DNA from: Alphaproteobacteria bacterium
GTDB lineage: Bacteria; Pseudomonadota; Alphaproteobacteria; MPNO01
Length of the DNA: 64,000 bases
Reading direction: 5' to 3'
NCBI GenBank assembly: GCA_964291675.2
Contig: OZ219866.1
Location: 1,056,001 to 1,120,000, forward strand
The notes beneath the pieces are model-generated. The model saw only the letters and a list, made by a program, of their open reading frames with translations, ran no database searches and had not been told where the DNA came from. The position numbers were made by a program, and so were the translations under genes. Positions 52,150 to 61,822 of the stretch are shown here, in pieces. Within the stretch, counting starts at the first letter, position 1. Every line of letters starts with the position of its first letter.

Positions 52150-52645
52150 CGGGCGCGAGCAGGGTCGCGTTGCCCCCGGCCGCCGTCCTGTCCACGCATA
52201 GATGGCGTTCGACGACGTGGCGCTCCGGCGCGGACGAGTCCGCGATCGGGGGCGGGATCGGCCCCGCGCGCCGGGCCGGCGCGACGCGGATCGCGGCGAG
52301 GACATCCGGGTCGGCGCCGCAGGCGACGGCGGCGACACCCTCCGGCGTGGCGAGCATTTGCGGAAAAACCTGCCCGTCGAGGATCGCCGCATGCGGGTCC
52401 GGGGCGCGGCCGGCGAGGGCCGCCTCGATACCGTCGGCGACCGCGACCGCGGCATTGCCCGCGTCCCGGGCCGCCGCGCGCTGCCCGTCCGCCGCCTCCG
52501 CGCCCGGACCGAGGCAGAGGACCGCCCCCCGCGGCGCATAGGAGAGCAGGTTCGACTCGCCGGTCGCCTGGTGCGCGTATAAGCGGGCGAAATCGCACGC
52601 CTCGCGCAGCTCCGCCACGCAGCCCGCCCGGGTCTTGCCGGCCTC
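52150..52645 (-). pseudogene. putA: putA remnant (fragments of the P5C-dehydrogenase and C-terminal domains)
   Basis: EAGKT...VAELREACDFARLYA fused to TGESNLL...PRGAVLCLGP...ERHLCVDRTAAGGNATLL; no PRODH domain and no stop at the natural end. Confidence 0.8.
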
Positions 52646-52748
52646 GCCGGGTTGCGAATTTCCCTGCCCCCGTCCGGGCGGCGGCATCGAACGGCTCTCC
52701 GAACGGGCCCGGATTGGCGGTTCGCGAGATATTGTTGAAGGAATGTCG

Positions 52749-52760
52749 ATTGTCTACAAT
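52749..52760. promoter_or_regulatory. Putative GntR/FadR-type operator
   Basis: ATTGTCTACAAT (TTGT-N2-ACAA dyad) 40 bp upstream of an operon that ends in a GntR gene. Confidence 0.5.
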
Positions 52761-52800
52761 CCTAATATCGCCACGGTGTGTCGTTGCAAGGGAGGTAGAC

Positions 52801-53640
52801 GTGCTGAAACGGATTCTCGGGACGGCGGCGGCATTCGCGCTTGCCCTGTCCATCCTGTTCCCGGCAGCCGAAGGCGCTCGGGCGCAGTCGGCATCGACCT
52901 GGCAGGCGATCAAGGAACGCGGCAGCCTGCGGGTCGGCGTGACCCAGGCGCCGCCCTGGTTCTTCAAGCAGCCGGGCGGCAGCGAATGGACCGGGCTCGG
53001 ATCGGCGGTCGGAAAGGCCATGGCCAAGGAGATCGGCGTCGAGTTCGAGCCCGTCGAAGTGACCTGGGGCACCGCCGTCGCGGCGCTCCAGGCCAACAAG
53101 ATCGACATCATGTTCGTGCTCGACGCAACGCCCAAGCGTGCGCTCGCGATCGACTTCCCGGCGCAGCCGCTGCTGTACTACGCGCTGGCGGTCCTGGCCG
53201 ACGACAAGCTGGCCGTGAAGAGCTGGTCCGACCTCAACAAGCCGGGAATCAAGATCGCGGTGACCCAGGGAACGACCATGGACCGCTATGTCAGCGCCCG
53301 GTTGACCGAGGCGACCATCCTGCGCTTCCCGACCAACGGGGAATCGGTGGCGGCGTTCCAGTCGCGCCGGGTGAACGCGGTGTCCCTGTTCCATCCGCCG
53401 CTCATCGCCATGCGCAAGAAGATCGGCCGCGGCAAGATCGTCCTGCCGGTCCCGATACGGCAGTCGGCCTCCTCGGCCGGTGTCAGGCGCGAGGCCGACA
53501 AGACGTTCCGGGACTGGGTGAACACCGCGATCGCCTACTACTACGCGACCGGCCAGACGCAGGTCTGGTACCAGGACTTCCTGGAGTCCTTCGGCGTCGA
53601 TCCGGCGACGGTTCCGGCCATCCGCCGCGAAGACTGGTAG
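52801..53640 (+). CDS. Polar amino-acid ABC transporter substrate-binding protein
   Basis: Signal peptide, IKERGSLRVG, WGTAVAALQANKID and QGTT motifs; GGAGG RBS. Confidence 0.92.
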   Translation: MLKRILGTAAAFALALSILFPAAEGARAQSASTWQAIKERGSLRVGVTQAPPWFFKQPGGSEWTGLGSAVGKAMAKEIGVEFEPVEVTWGTAVAALQANKIDIMFVLDATPKRALAIDFPAQPLLYYALAVLADDKLAVKSWSDLNKPGIKIAVTQGTTMDRYVSARLTEATILRFPTNGESVAAFQSRRVNAVSLFHPPLIAMRKKIGRGKIVLPVPIRQSASSAGVRREADKTFRDWVNTAIAYYYATGQTQVWYQDFLESFGVDPATVPAIRREDW

Positions 53641-53706
53641 CCGGTCGGGACCGGGCGGGGCGCGCGCCCCGCCCGGACGGCGCGCCCGGCGGACGGGGGC
53701 ACGGCG

Positions 53707-54387
53707 TTGGGCTACGAATGGGACTTCGCGATCGTCTTCCGCGAATGGGGCCTGCTGTTCCAGGGTCTCGTCAACACCCTCAAGGTCACCGGCCTGGCGC
53801 TCGCGTTCGGGGTGCCGCTGGGCCTGGCGCTCTCGCTTTGCCGCCTGTTCGGCCCCGCGGTCGTGCGGGTTCCGGTCGGTGTCGTCATCGAGTTCCTGCG
53901 CACCACCCCGCCCATCGCCCAGCTGTTCTGGTTCTTCTTCGCGCTGCCGATCCTGATCGGGGTGGAGATCGACCCGTTCGCGGCGTCGGTGCTGACATTC
54001 TCGCTCCAGTCGTCGGCCTTCTTCGCCGAGGTCTTCCGCGGCGGCATCCTCTCGGTCGAGCAGGGCCAGTGGGAGGCCGCCAAGGCGCTGGGCATGGGCC
54101 GCAACCCGGCGCTGCGCCGGATAATCCTGCCGCAGGCGGTGAAGCGGATGATCCCGGCGTTTCTGGAGCGCGCCATCGAACTGATGAAGACGACCACCCT
54201 GGTCAGCACCATCTCCTACGCCGACCTGCTCTATCAGGCGAACAACATCGCGCAGTCGACCTACCGGGCCCTCGAAGTCTTCACCGTCGCCGCCGGCATG
54301 TACTTCATCGTGATATTCGCCTGCTCGCTGGGCGTGCGCGTGCTGGAGAGGCATCTCGGGCGAACCGGCGAGCTGACCGTGGGCTAG
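53707..54387 (+). CDS. Amino-acid ABC transporter permease
   Basis: EFLRTTPP and AEVFRGGI.SV..GQWEAA.ALG (EAA loop). Confidence 0.93.
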   Translation: MGYEWDFAIVFREWGLLFQGLVNTLKVTGLALAFGVPLGLALSLCRLFGPAVVRVPVGVVIEFLRTTPPIAQLFWFFFALPILIGVEIDPFAASVLTFSLQSSAFFAEVFRGGILSVEQGQWEAAKALGMGRNPALRRIILPQAVKRMIPAFLERAIELMKTTTLVSTISYADLLYQANNIAQSTYRALEVFTVAAGMYFIVIFACSLGVRVLERHLGRTGELTVG

Positions 54388-54392
54388 GCCGG

Positions 54393-55061
54393 ATGTTCGA
54401 GCACAGCTGGGATTTTTCCGCGGTCTACGGCAATTGGCCGGTCCTGCTTCTGGGGCTCCGCAATACGGTGATTCTCGCCGTCACCTGCCTGTCGGCGGGG
54501 CTGTTCCTCGGCCTGTTCGTCGGCATGGCCCGCTATTCGAGCCGGCCGCTGCTGAACTGGCCGGCGACGGCCTTCGTCGAGGTGTTCCGCAACACGCCGG
54601 TCCTCGTCCAGATCATGTGGTTCTTCTTCGCGTTTCCGATCGTTTCGCCCTTCGACATCGATGCCTTCACGGCGGCGACGCTCGGCCTCACCCTGAACAC
54701 GGTCGCGTTCTCTTCGGAAATCTATCGCGCCGGCATCCAGTCGATCCACCGCGGCCAATGGGAGGCGGCCAGGGCGCTGGGCATGCGGTATGCCGACCAG
54801 ATGCGGCGGATCATACTGCCCCAGGCGGTGCGCAGAATGATCCCGGCCTTCATGAACCGGGTCGTGGAGCTGGTGAAGATGACGTCGCTCGCGTCGGTGA
54901 TCGCCTATGGCGAGCTGATGCACCAGGCAAAGACGATTTCGACCATCTCGTTCAATCCGATCGAGACCTATACCGCCATCGCGATCGTATTCTTTGTGCT
55001 GATCTATCCGTTGACGATCGCCGTGGGCAGGCTGGAACTGCGATCGAGGCACGGGAACTGA
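54393..55061 (+). CDS. Amino-acid ABC transporter permease
   Basis: EVFRNTPVLVQ and SEIYRAGIQSI..GQWEAARALG. Confidence 0.93.
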   Translation: MFEHSWDFSAVYGNWPVLLLGLRNTVILAVTCLSAGLFLGLFVGMARYSSRPLLNWPATAFVEVFRNTPVLVQIMWFFFAFPIVSPFDIDAFTAATLGLTLNTVAFSSEIYRAGIQSIHRGQWEAARALGMRYADQMRRIILPQAVRRMIPAFMNRVVELVKMTSLASVIAYGELMHQAKTISTISFNPIETYTAIAIVFFVLIYPLTIAVGRLELRSRHGN

Positions 55062-55065
55062 CGGC

Positions 55066-55851
55066 ATGACGGCGGTCCTCGAAATTCGCAACCTGAGCAA
55101 GTCGTTCGGGAACCTGACCGTCCTGGACGGCATCGACCTGAAGATCGGCAAGGGCGAGACGGTGGTCGTCCTGGGCGCCTCCGGTTCCGGGAAATCCACC
55201 CTGCTTCGTTGCGTCAACTTCCTGGAGATCCCGACCGGGGGCCGGATCGTTCTCGGCGGCGAGACGGTCGGCCGGACGGCGGGGGAGAGGACGGTCTACG
55301 CCGAGAAGGAGCTCTCCGCGCTGCGCGCCCGGGTCGGCATGGTGTTCCAGCACTTCCACCTGTTTCCGCACATGACGGTCCAGCAGAACGTGATGGAGGG
55401 GCCGCGCACCGTGCTCAGGCGCCGGCACGAGGAATGCGAGGCGAGGGCCCTGCGCTATCTGGACAAGGTGGGGCTGGGCTGGAAGAAGGACGCCTTTCCC
55501 TCGGAGCTGTCCGGCGGGCAGCAGCAGCGCGTCGCCATCGCCCGGGCGCTGGCGATGGAACCCGAGATCATGCTCTTCGACGAGGCGACCAGCGCGCTCG
55601 ACCCCGAGCTGGTCGGGGAGGTGCTCCAGACCATGAAGGAGCTCGCCGAGGAAGGCATGACCATGATGGTCGTCACCCACGAGCTGGGCTTCGCCTACAC
55701 CGTCGCCGACCGGGTGCTGTTTCTCCAGGACGGCAAGATTCTCGAACAGGGCGATCCGGCCTCGGTGCTGCTCGACCCCAGCGAGGAGGGAACGCGGAAC
55801 TTCCTGCGCGGTCACAGCTCGTTCCGGCTGCCCACGCCGGCGGCGGAGTAG
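55066..55851 (+). CDS. Amino-acid ABC transporter ATP-binding protein
   Basis: GASGSGKS, LSGGQQQR, LFDEATSALDPE and VVTHE motifs. Confidence 0.96.
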   Translation: MTAVLEIRNLSKSFGNLTVLDGIDLKIGKGETVVVLGASGSGKSTLLRCVNFLEIPTGGRIVLGGETVGRTAGERTVYAEKELSALRARVGMVFQHFHLFPHMTVQQNVMEGPRTVLRRRHEECEARALRYLDKVGLGWKKDAFPSELSGGQQQRVAIARALAMEPEIMLFDEATSALDPELVGEVLQTMKELAEEGMTMMVVTHELGFAYTVADRVLFLQDGKILEQGDPASVLLDPSEEGTRNFLRGHSSFRLPTPAAE

Positions 55852-55862
55852 GCGGGATCGCG

Positions 55863-56786
55863 ATGGAAGCCCTTCTGCCCGGCACCGCGCACGACGCCGA
55901 AGACGATATCCGCAACCGCGATATCGGGATCTATGTGAACGGCGAGATCGTCCACCGGGACGATGCGAAGGTGTCGGTCTACGATTCCGGCTTCATGCTG
56001 GGCGACGGCATGTGGGAGGGCATGCGGCTGCACAACGGCAAGTGGGCGTTCTTCGACGAACACATGGACCGGCTGTTCGACAGCTGCAGGGCGGTGTCCA
56101 TCGACATCGGCATGAACCGTCGGGAGATCGCCGAAGCCTTGCGCCGGACGGCCGAGGCCAACGGGATGTCGACCGACGTCCATTGCCGGTTGATGGTCAC
56201 CAGAGGGGTCAAGTCGAGGCCCTTCCAGCATCCCGGCCTCTCGCGTTCCGGACCGACGGTCGTCATCATCATGGAACATTCCAGACCGGTCGAGCGGTTC
56301 GCCAAGCGCGGAATCCGGCTGGCGACGGTGCCGCAGGTGCGCGGACTGCCGCATTCGCAGGACCCCAAGCTCAACTCGCACTCGAAGCTCAACTGCGTCA
56401 TCGCCAGCCTTCAGGCCCGGGCCGCGGGCGCCGACGAGGCGCTGATGCTCGACCCCCACGGATTCGTAAACACCACGAATTCGTGCAATTTCTTTATCGT
56501 CCGGCGCGGCGAGGTCTGGACCTCCACCGGCGATTATTGCATGAACGGCATCACACGCCGGAAAGTCATCGAAATCTGCCGCTCCCACGAAATACCGGTC
56601 TTCGAGAAGAACTTTTCGCTCTTCGATGCCTACAATGCCGAAGAGGCATTTCTTACCGGGACCTTCGGCGCGCAGACGCCTGTCGGCGATATCGACGGCA
56701 CCGAGATCGGCACCGGTTCGGCCGGACCCGTCACCGGCCGGATCCGCGACCTCTATGCGGAACTGGTAAGGGCCAATACGGGCTGA
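55863..56786 (+). CDS. PLP fold-type IV aminotransferase (BCAT/D-amino-acid aminotransferase-like)
   Basis: SVYDSGFMLGDG.WEG, LNSHSKLNC, GITR and EAFLTGTFG motifs. Confidence 0.92.
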   Translation: MEALLPGTAHDAEDDIRNRDIGIYVNGEIVHRDDAKVSVYDSGFMLGDGMWEGMRLHNGKWAFFDEHMDRLFDSCRAVSIDIGMNRREIAEALRRTAEANGMSTDVHCRLMVTRGVKSRPFQHPGLSRSGPTVVIIMEHSRPVERFAKRGIRLATVPQVRGLPHSQDPKLNSHSKLNCVIASLQARAAGADEALMLDPHGFVNTTNSCNFFIVRRGEVWTSTGDYCMNGITRRKVIEICRSHEIPVFEKNFSLFDAYNAEEAFLTGTFGAQTPVGDIDGTEIGTGSAGPVTGRIRDLYAELVRANTG

Positions 56787-56789
56787 GCG

Positions 56790-57521
56790 ATGAATACCGC
56801 GCTGTCCGCCCTGGAGCCGCTCGCGCCCGCGACACGACGGGGGCAGATCGTCCAGAAGCTGCGGATGCTGATCGCCGAGGGCAACGTATCGCCGGGCGAA
56901 CGGCTGACCGAGATCGAGCTGGCAAGCCGGCTCGGCGTGAGCCGCGCCCCGCTGCGCGAAGCCATACGCGAGCTGGTCGAGAGCGGCCTCGTCGAGAGCG
57001 TCCCCTACAAGGGGCTATACGTCCGCCGGGTGACGCGCAGGGATCTCGAAGAGCTCTACTCGATCCGTACCGCGCTGGAGCAGTTCGCGTTCCGGGAGTG
57101 CTGGCCGAAACGCACGCGCGAGCGGCTCGACGATCTGGCCGGCCGCCATCGCCTGCTGGTTGGCGAGGTGGACGCGAACCGGAATCCCGCCCGGGCGATC
57201 GAGCTCGAGATTCAGCTCCATTCCTGGTGCTACGAAATCTCGGGCCATGCGATTCTTCAGAAAATGTGGGACCGGCTGAAGCCCAACCTTCAATTCTACT
57301 TCACCTTGCACCAGAAGGCGCACAACCGGCTGGGTCCGCTGCGGGACGCGCACGACGTCTATGTCGCCTGCGCGACCGGCGACAGTCTCGAAGCGATGCT
57401 CGCGCATCTCGAGGAGCACATGCGCCAGGGGCTGGAAACGACCATGCAGGACCTGGTGTTCGAGCAGGACGGCGAGCGGCCGGAACCGAGCGACCGGTCG
57501 AGCGACCCGCTGCCGGGCTGA
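56790..57521 (+). CDS. GntR-family regulator (FCD domain)
   Basis: PGERLTE.ELA..LGVSRAPLREA and ELYSIRTALE motifs. Confidence 0.95.
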   Translation: MNTALSALEPLAPATRRGQIVQKLRMLIAEGNVSPGERLTEIELASRLGVSRAPLREAIRELVESGLVESVPYKGLYVRRVTRRDLEELYSIRTALEQFAFRECWPKRTRERLDDLAGRHRLLVGEVDANRNPARAIELEIQLHSWCYEISGHAILQKMWDRLKPNLQFYFTLHQKAHNRLGPLRDAHDVYVACATGDSLEAMLAHLEEHMRQGLETTMQDLVFEQDGERPEPSDRSSDPLPG

Positions 57522-57658
57522 CGCCGCGGCCGCCCGTCGCACCCCGTCATTCCCGAACCGGTTTGCCAAGACCTGCCGGCAAGCCCCTGGCGCGGGGAAG
57601 CCGGCCCCGCCGCGGCGGCCGCTTCCGTCCCCGGGGGACAGCGTTCCCCGCGAAAACA

Positions 57659-57675
57659 GGTCAACAATGTTGACC
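57659..57675. promoter_or_regulatory. Perfect dyad of unknown function next to parS
   Basis: GGTCAACA-A-TGTTGACC (8-bp arms). Confidence 0.4.
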
Positions 57676-57677
57676 AT

Positions 57678-57693
57678 TGTTTCACGTGAAACA
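57678..57693. other. parS: parS centromere-like ParB-binding site
   Basis: Exact 16-bp consensus TGTTTCACGTGAAACA. Confidence 0.9.
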
Positions 57694-57879
57694 TTAGCCG
57701 CGCCTGAACAGCCCCTCGACGCCCGCGCGGTGGCGCTGCTTCCTGTCGATGTCGGCGCGCACGCGGCGGATCTCGGCCTCCAGCTCTGCGATGTACTCTT
57801 CCAGCTCCTCGATCGACAACGAGTCGAGCTCGCGCAGCCTGGCGGGCGCCTTTTGCGGCGTCAGATCCTCTTCTTCCAC
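57694..57879 (-). CDS. DUF1192-family small protein
   Basis: LDSLSIEELEEYIAELEAEIRR...KQRHRAGVEGLF; GTG start. Confidence 0.85.
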   Translation of the reverse strand: MEEEDLTPQKAPARLRELDSLSIEELEEYIAELEAEIRRVRADIDRKQRHRAGVEGLFRRG

Positions 57880-57964
57880 CCTGGCCGTCCCCCCTGATCC
57901 GCCTTGCCAGTGTGTCGCCCAGCGGCTAGACAGGCAACCCGTTCCAACCAGCCGAATCCCAGCC

Positions 57965-58966
57965 ATGCCAGAGGCCGTTCCCGCCTCGATGAAGGCGATC
58001 GAGATCACCGAGCCCGGCGGGCCCGAGATGCTGCGCCCGTGCACCCGCGCGGTGCCGCGGCCGGGCGAGGGCGAGGTGCTGGTCCGGGTGGCGGCGGCGG
58101 GCGTCAACTTCCCCGACATAGCCCAGCGCCGCGGCAGCTACCCGCCGCCGCCCGGGGCGAGCGACCTGCCGGGGCTGGAGCTCGCGGGCGTCGTGGTGGC
58201 TCAGGGGAAGGGCGTCGCCGCGCCGGCCTTGGGCGAGGCGGTGTGCGCGCTGGTCTCGGGCGGCGGGTATGCCGGGTACTGCGCGGTGCCGGTGCCGCAA
58301 TGCCTGCCGGTGCCGGACGGGCTCGGCATGGTCGAGGCGGCCGCCCTGCCGGAGACCTTCTTCACCGTCTGGACCAATTTGTTCGACGGCGGGCGGCTTC
58401 AGGCCGGCGAGACGGTGCTGATCCATGGCGGCTCGGGCGGCATCGGGACCGCCGCCATCCAGATCGCGCACGCCTTCGGCGCCCGCGTGTTCGCCACCGC
58501 CCGCACGGCCGAGAAGTGCGCCTTCTGCGAGCGTCTCGGCGCCGAGCGCGCGATCGCCTACCCCGACGAGGACTTCGTCGCCGTGGTGCGGGAGCTGACC
58601 GACAAGCGCGGGGTCGATCTGATCCTCGACATGGTGGGCGGCGAGTATCTCGCGCGCAATATCCGGGCGCTCGCCGTCGAGGGGAGGCTGGTGCAGATCG
58701 CGGTCATGGCGGGCGCCGAGGCGGCGATCCCGCTCGGTCTCCTGATGGTCAAACGGCTGACCCTCACCGGCTCGACGCTGCGGCCGCGCAGCGTGGCCCA
58801 GAAGGGCGCCATCGCGGATGCGCTGAAGGAGCGGGTCTGGCCGCTGCTCGCCGACGGGCGGCTGCGCCCCATCGTGCATGCGACATTCGGTCTCGACCGG
58901 GCCGCCGAGGCGCACGCGCTGATGGAATCGAGCGCCCATATCGGTAAGATCGTGCTCACCAATTGA
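57965..58966 (+). CDS. NAD(P)H-quinone oxidoreductase, PIG3 family
   Basis: YPPPPGASDLPGLE, LPETFFTVW, HGGSGGIG and GSTLRPR motifs. Confidence 0.95.
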   Translation: MPEAVPASMKAIEITEPGGPEMLRPCTRAVPRPGEGEVLVRVAAAGVNFPDIAQRRGSYPPPPGASDLPGLELAGVVVAQGKGVAAPALGEAVCALVSGGGYAGYCAVPVPQCLPVPDGLGMVEAAALPETFFTVWTNLFDGGRLQAGETVLIHGGSGGIGTAAIQIAHAFGARVFATARTAEKCAFCERLGAERAIAYPDEDFVAVVRELTDKRGVDLILDMVGGEYLARNIRALAVEGRLVQIAVMAGAEAAIPLGLLMVKRLTLTGSTLRPRSVAQKGAIADALKERVWPLLADGRLRPIVHATFGLDRAAEAHALMESSAHIGKIVLTN

Positions 58967-59005
58967 ACCCGCCCCGGGCCCGCCGGGCGCGATGAAAGAG
59001 AACGC

Positions 59006-59623
59006 ATGAACCAGCCCCTGATGCCCAAGGCCACCGCGGTGTGGCTGATCGAGAACACCGCGCTCACCTTCGAGCAGATCGCCGCGTTCTGCGGCCTGCA
59101 CGAGCTCGAGGTGCAAAGCATCGCCGACGAGGAGGTGGCGATCGGCATCATCGGCTTCGACCCGATCGCCAACGGCCAGCTCGCCCGCGCGGAGATCGAG
59201 CGCTGCGCGGCCGATCCGGGCGCGAGGCTGGAGATGGCGACGCAGGACATCCCGCGCCCCTCGCCGCGCACCAAGGGGCCGCGCTACACCCCGGTCGCGC
59301 GCCGCCAGGACAAGCCGGACGCGATCGCCTGGCTGGTGCGCCACTGCCCGGCGCTCACCGACGGCCAGATCTCCAAGCTGATCGGCACCACCAAGCCGAC
59401 CATCGTGGCGATCCGCGAGCGCACCCACTGGAACATGGCCAATATCAAGCCGCGCGAGCCGGTCGGGCTCGGGCTGTGCTCGCGCACCGACCTCGACGCG
59501 GCGCTGGAGAAGGCGGGCTACGTCCCCGAGCCGCCGCTGGAGGACAGCGACGCCTTCCCGGTCGAGCAGCTCGCGCGCACCGAGCCGGACCCGCCGCCCG
59601 ACCCCGATCCTCAGCTCGGATAG
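59006..59623 (+). CDS. trcR: DUF1013 / TrcR cell-cycle transcriptional regulator
   Basis: PLMPKATAVWLIENTALTF.QIA.FC.LH.LEV and RYTPV..RQDKPDAI.W motifs. Confidence 0.9.
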   Translation: MNQPLMPKATAVWLIENTALTFEQIAAFCGLHELEVQSIADEEVAIGIIGFDPIANGQLARAEIERCAADPGARLEMATQDIPRPSPRTKGPRYTPVARRQDKPDAIAWLVRHCPALTDGQISKLIGTTKPTIVAIRERTHWNMANIKPREPVGLGLCSRTDLDAALEKAGYVPEPPLEDSDAFPVEQLARTEPDPPPDPDPQLG

Positions 59624-61506
59624 CCGGCGTCGCCGAGCGAGTCGGCGATCTCGTCGAGCGCCGCCGGGTCCTCGATGGTCGCCGGCATGGTCCACTCCTC
59701 GCCGTCGGCGATCCTGCGCATCGTGCCGCGCAGGATCTTGCCCGAGCGGGTCTTGGGCAGGCGGGCGACCACCGAGGCCGCCTTGAAGGCCGCCACCGGG
59801 CCGATCCGCCCGCGCACCATGCCGACCACCTCGCCGACGATGTCGCCAACCTCCCGCTCCACCCCGTCCTTGAGCACCAGGAAGCCGAACGGGATCTGGC
59901 CCTTGAGCGAATCGGCGACGCCGATCACCGCGCATTCCGCCACGTCGGGGTGCTCGGCGAGCACCTCCTCCATCGCGCCGGTCGACAGGCGGTGGCCGGC
60001 GACGTTGATGATGTCGTCGGTCCGGGCCATCACGAACACATAGCCGTCCGCGTCGATATAGCCGGCATCGGCGGTCGCGTAGTGGCCGGGGAACTCGCTG
60101 AGATAGGCCTCGCGGAAGCGTTCGTCCGCGTTCCACAGCGTCGGCGCGCAGCCGGGCGGCATCGGCAGCCTGGCGACCAGCGCGCCGATCTCGCCCGGCT
60201 TGCGCTCCTTGCCCGCCTCGTCGAGCACGCGCAGATCCCAGCCCGGCACGGCGCGCGTCGGCGAGCCGTGCTTGACCGGCGCGCGGCCGAGCCCGACGCA
60301 GTTGGCGGCGATCGCCCAGCCGGTCTCGGTCTGCCACCAGTGGTCGATCACCGGCACGCCGAGATGGGTCTCGGCCCATTTGACGGTATCGGGATCGGCC
60401 CGCTCGCCGGCGAGGAACAGGGTCTCGAAGCCGGACAGGTCGTAAGACGCCCGGAGCGCGCAGTCGGGGTCCTCCTTCTTGATCGCGCGGAACGCGGTCG
60501 GCGCGGTGAACAGCGCCTTGACCCCGTGCTCGGCGATCACCCGCCAGTAGACCCCGGCATCGGGCGTGCCGATCGGCTTGCCCTCGAACAGGATGCTGGT
60601 CGAGCCGTTGAGCAGCGGCGCGTAGACGATATAGGAATGCCCCACCACCCATCCCACGTCGGAGGCGGCCCAGAACGTCTCGCCCGGCTCGATGTCGTAG
60701 ATGTTGGGCATCGACCATCTCAGCGCCACCGCATGGCCGCCATTGTCGCGCACGATCCCCTTGGGCTGGCCGGTGGTGCCGGAGGTATAGAGGATGTAGA
60801 GCGGATCGGTGGCGGCGACCGGGACGCAGTCGGCCGGCGACGCGCCGGCGAGGGCCTCGTTCCAGTCGACGTCGCGCCCGGGGATCAGCGCCGCCGGGCC
60901 CGCCTCGCGCTGCAGCACGATGCAGAATTCCGGCTTGTGCCGGGCCAGCTCGATCGCCCGGTCGAGCAGCGGCTTGTAGGCGACGATCCGCCCGGGCTCG
61001 ATGCCGCAGGAGCCGGCGACGATGGCCTTGGGGGTGGAGTCGTCGATCCGCACGGCGAGCTCGTTGGCCGCGAAGCCGCCGAACACCACCGAGTGGACCG
61101 CGCCGATCCGCGCGCAGGCGAGCATGGCGATCGCCGCCTCGGGCACCATCGGCATGTAGATCACCACCCGGTCGCCATGGCCGATGCCGCGGGCGGCGAG
61201 CGCGCCGGCGAACTGCGCCACGCGGTCGCGCAGCCCGGCATAGGTGAAGCGGCTCTGCGTGCCGGTGATCGGGCTGTCGTAGATCAGCGCCACCCGTTCG
61301 CCGTTGCCGGCTTCCACATGGCGGTCGAGCGCGTTGTGGCAGGTGTTGAGCTCGCCGCCGGCGAACCAGCGCGAGGCCGGCATCGCGCGGTCGTCGAGCA
61401 CGCGGTCCCACGGGCGGTGCCAGTCGATGGCTTCGGCGGCCTCGGCCCAGAAGCCCGCGGGATCGTCGATGGATTGGCGGTAGGCTCGGTCGTAGCGCTT
61501 GCTCAC
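59611..61506 (-). CDS. prpE: Propionyl-CoA synthetase
   Basis: YILYTSGTTGQPKG, DHWWQTETG, INVAGHRLSTG and PKTRSGKILR motifs. Confidence 0.9.
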   Translation of the reverse strand: MSKRYDRAYRQSIDDPAGFWAEAAEAIDWHRPWDRVLDDRAMPASRWFAGGELNTCHNALDRHVEAGNGERVALIYDSPITGTQSRFTYAGLRDRVAQFAGALAARGIGHGDRVVIYMPMVPEAAIAMLACARIGAVHSVVFGGFAANELAVRIDDSTPKAIVAGSCGIEPGRIVAYKPLLDRAIELARHKPEFCIVLQREAGPAALIPGRDVDWNEALAGASPADCVPVAATDPLYILYTSGTTGQPKGIVRDNGGHAVALRWSMPNIYDIEPGETFWAASDVGWVVGHSYIVYAPLLNGSTSILFEGKPIGTPDAGVYWRVIAEHGVKALFTAPTAFRAIKKEDPDCALRASYDLSGFETLFLAGERADPDTVKWAETHLGVPVIDHWWQTETGWAIAANCVGLGRAPVKHGSPTRAVPGWDLRVLDEAGKERKPGEIGALVARLPMPPGCAPTLWNADERFREAYLSEFPGHYATADAGYIDADGYVFVMARTDDIINVAGHRLSTGAMEEVLAEHPDVAECAVIGVADSLKGQIPFGFLVLKDGVEREVGDIVGEVVGMVRGRIGPVAAFKAASVVARLPKTRSGKILRGTMRRIADGEEWTMPATIEDPAALDEIADSLGDAGYPS

Positions 61507-61558
61507 GGCACTTCCTCCTTACTCGGGGTGACGGCCGCGCGACCGTTCTCCGCGAAAT

Positions 61559-61732
61559 CTACCCGGTCGGCACCGTCAGCTTGGCGAGTTCGTCCTTGAT
61601 CCTGAGTTTGCGTTTCTTGAGATCGGCGATCGTCGCGGCGTCGGGCAGCGGCCGCGCGTTTTCCTGGGTCAGCGCCTCCTCGAGCTCGGCGTGGCGAGCC
61701 TTCAAGGAGGCGACCTGCTCTTCGACATTCAT
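61559..61732 (-). CDS. DUF465 (YdcH-family) small protein; not in the ORF track
   Basis: Hand-translated as MNVEEQVASLKARHAELEEALTQENARPLPDAATIADLKKRKLRIKDELAKLTVPTG; GGAGG RBS. Confidence 0.9.
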   Translation of the reverse strand: MNVEEQVASLKARHAELEEALTQENARPLPDAATIADLKKRKLRIKDELAKLTVPTG

Positions 61733-61822
61733 CGCCTGTCCTCCTTTTGCGGTCGGCGGGCTGGAATCAGGATACCGCGACCGGCGTTGGATGCAATCGG
61801 AACTCCGGCGCGGCGCGGGGAA

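Noticed and set aside
57926-61411. Very long alternative ORFs (e.g. 1161 aa here, 964 aa at 47558-50452, 813 aa at 7677-10118, 746 aa at 34073-36313)
   Set aside because: Shadow ORFs caused by high GC; they overlap well-supported genes and translate to Arg/Gly/Ala-rich text with no motifs
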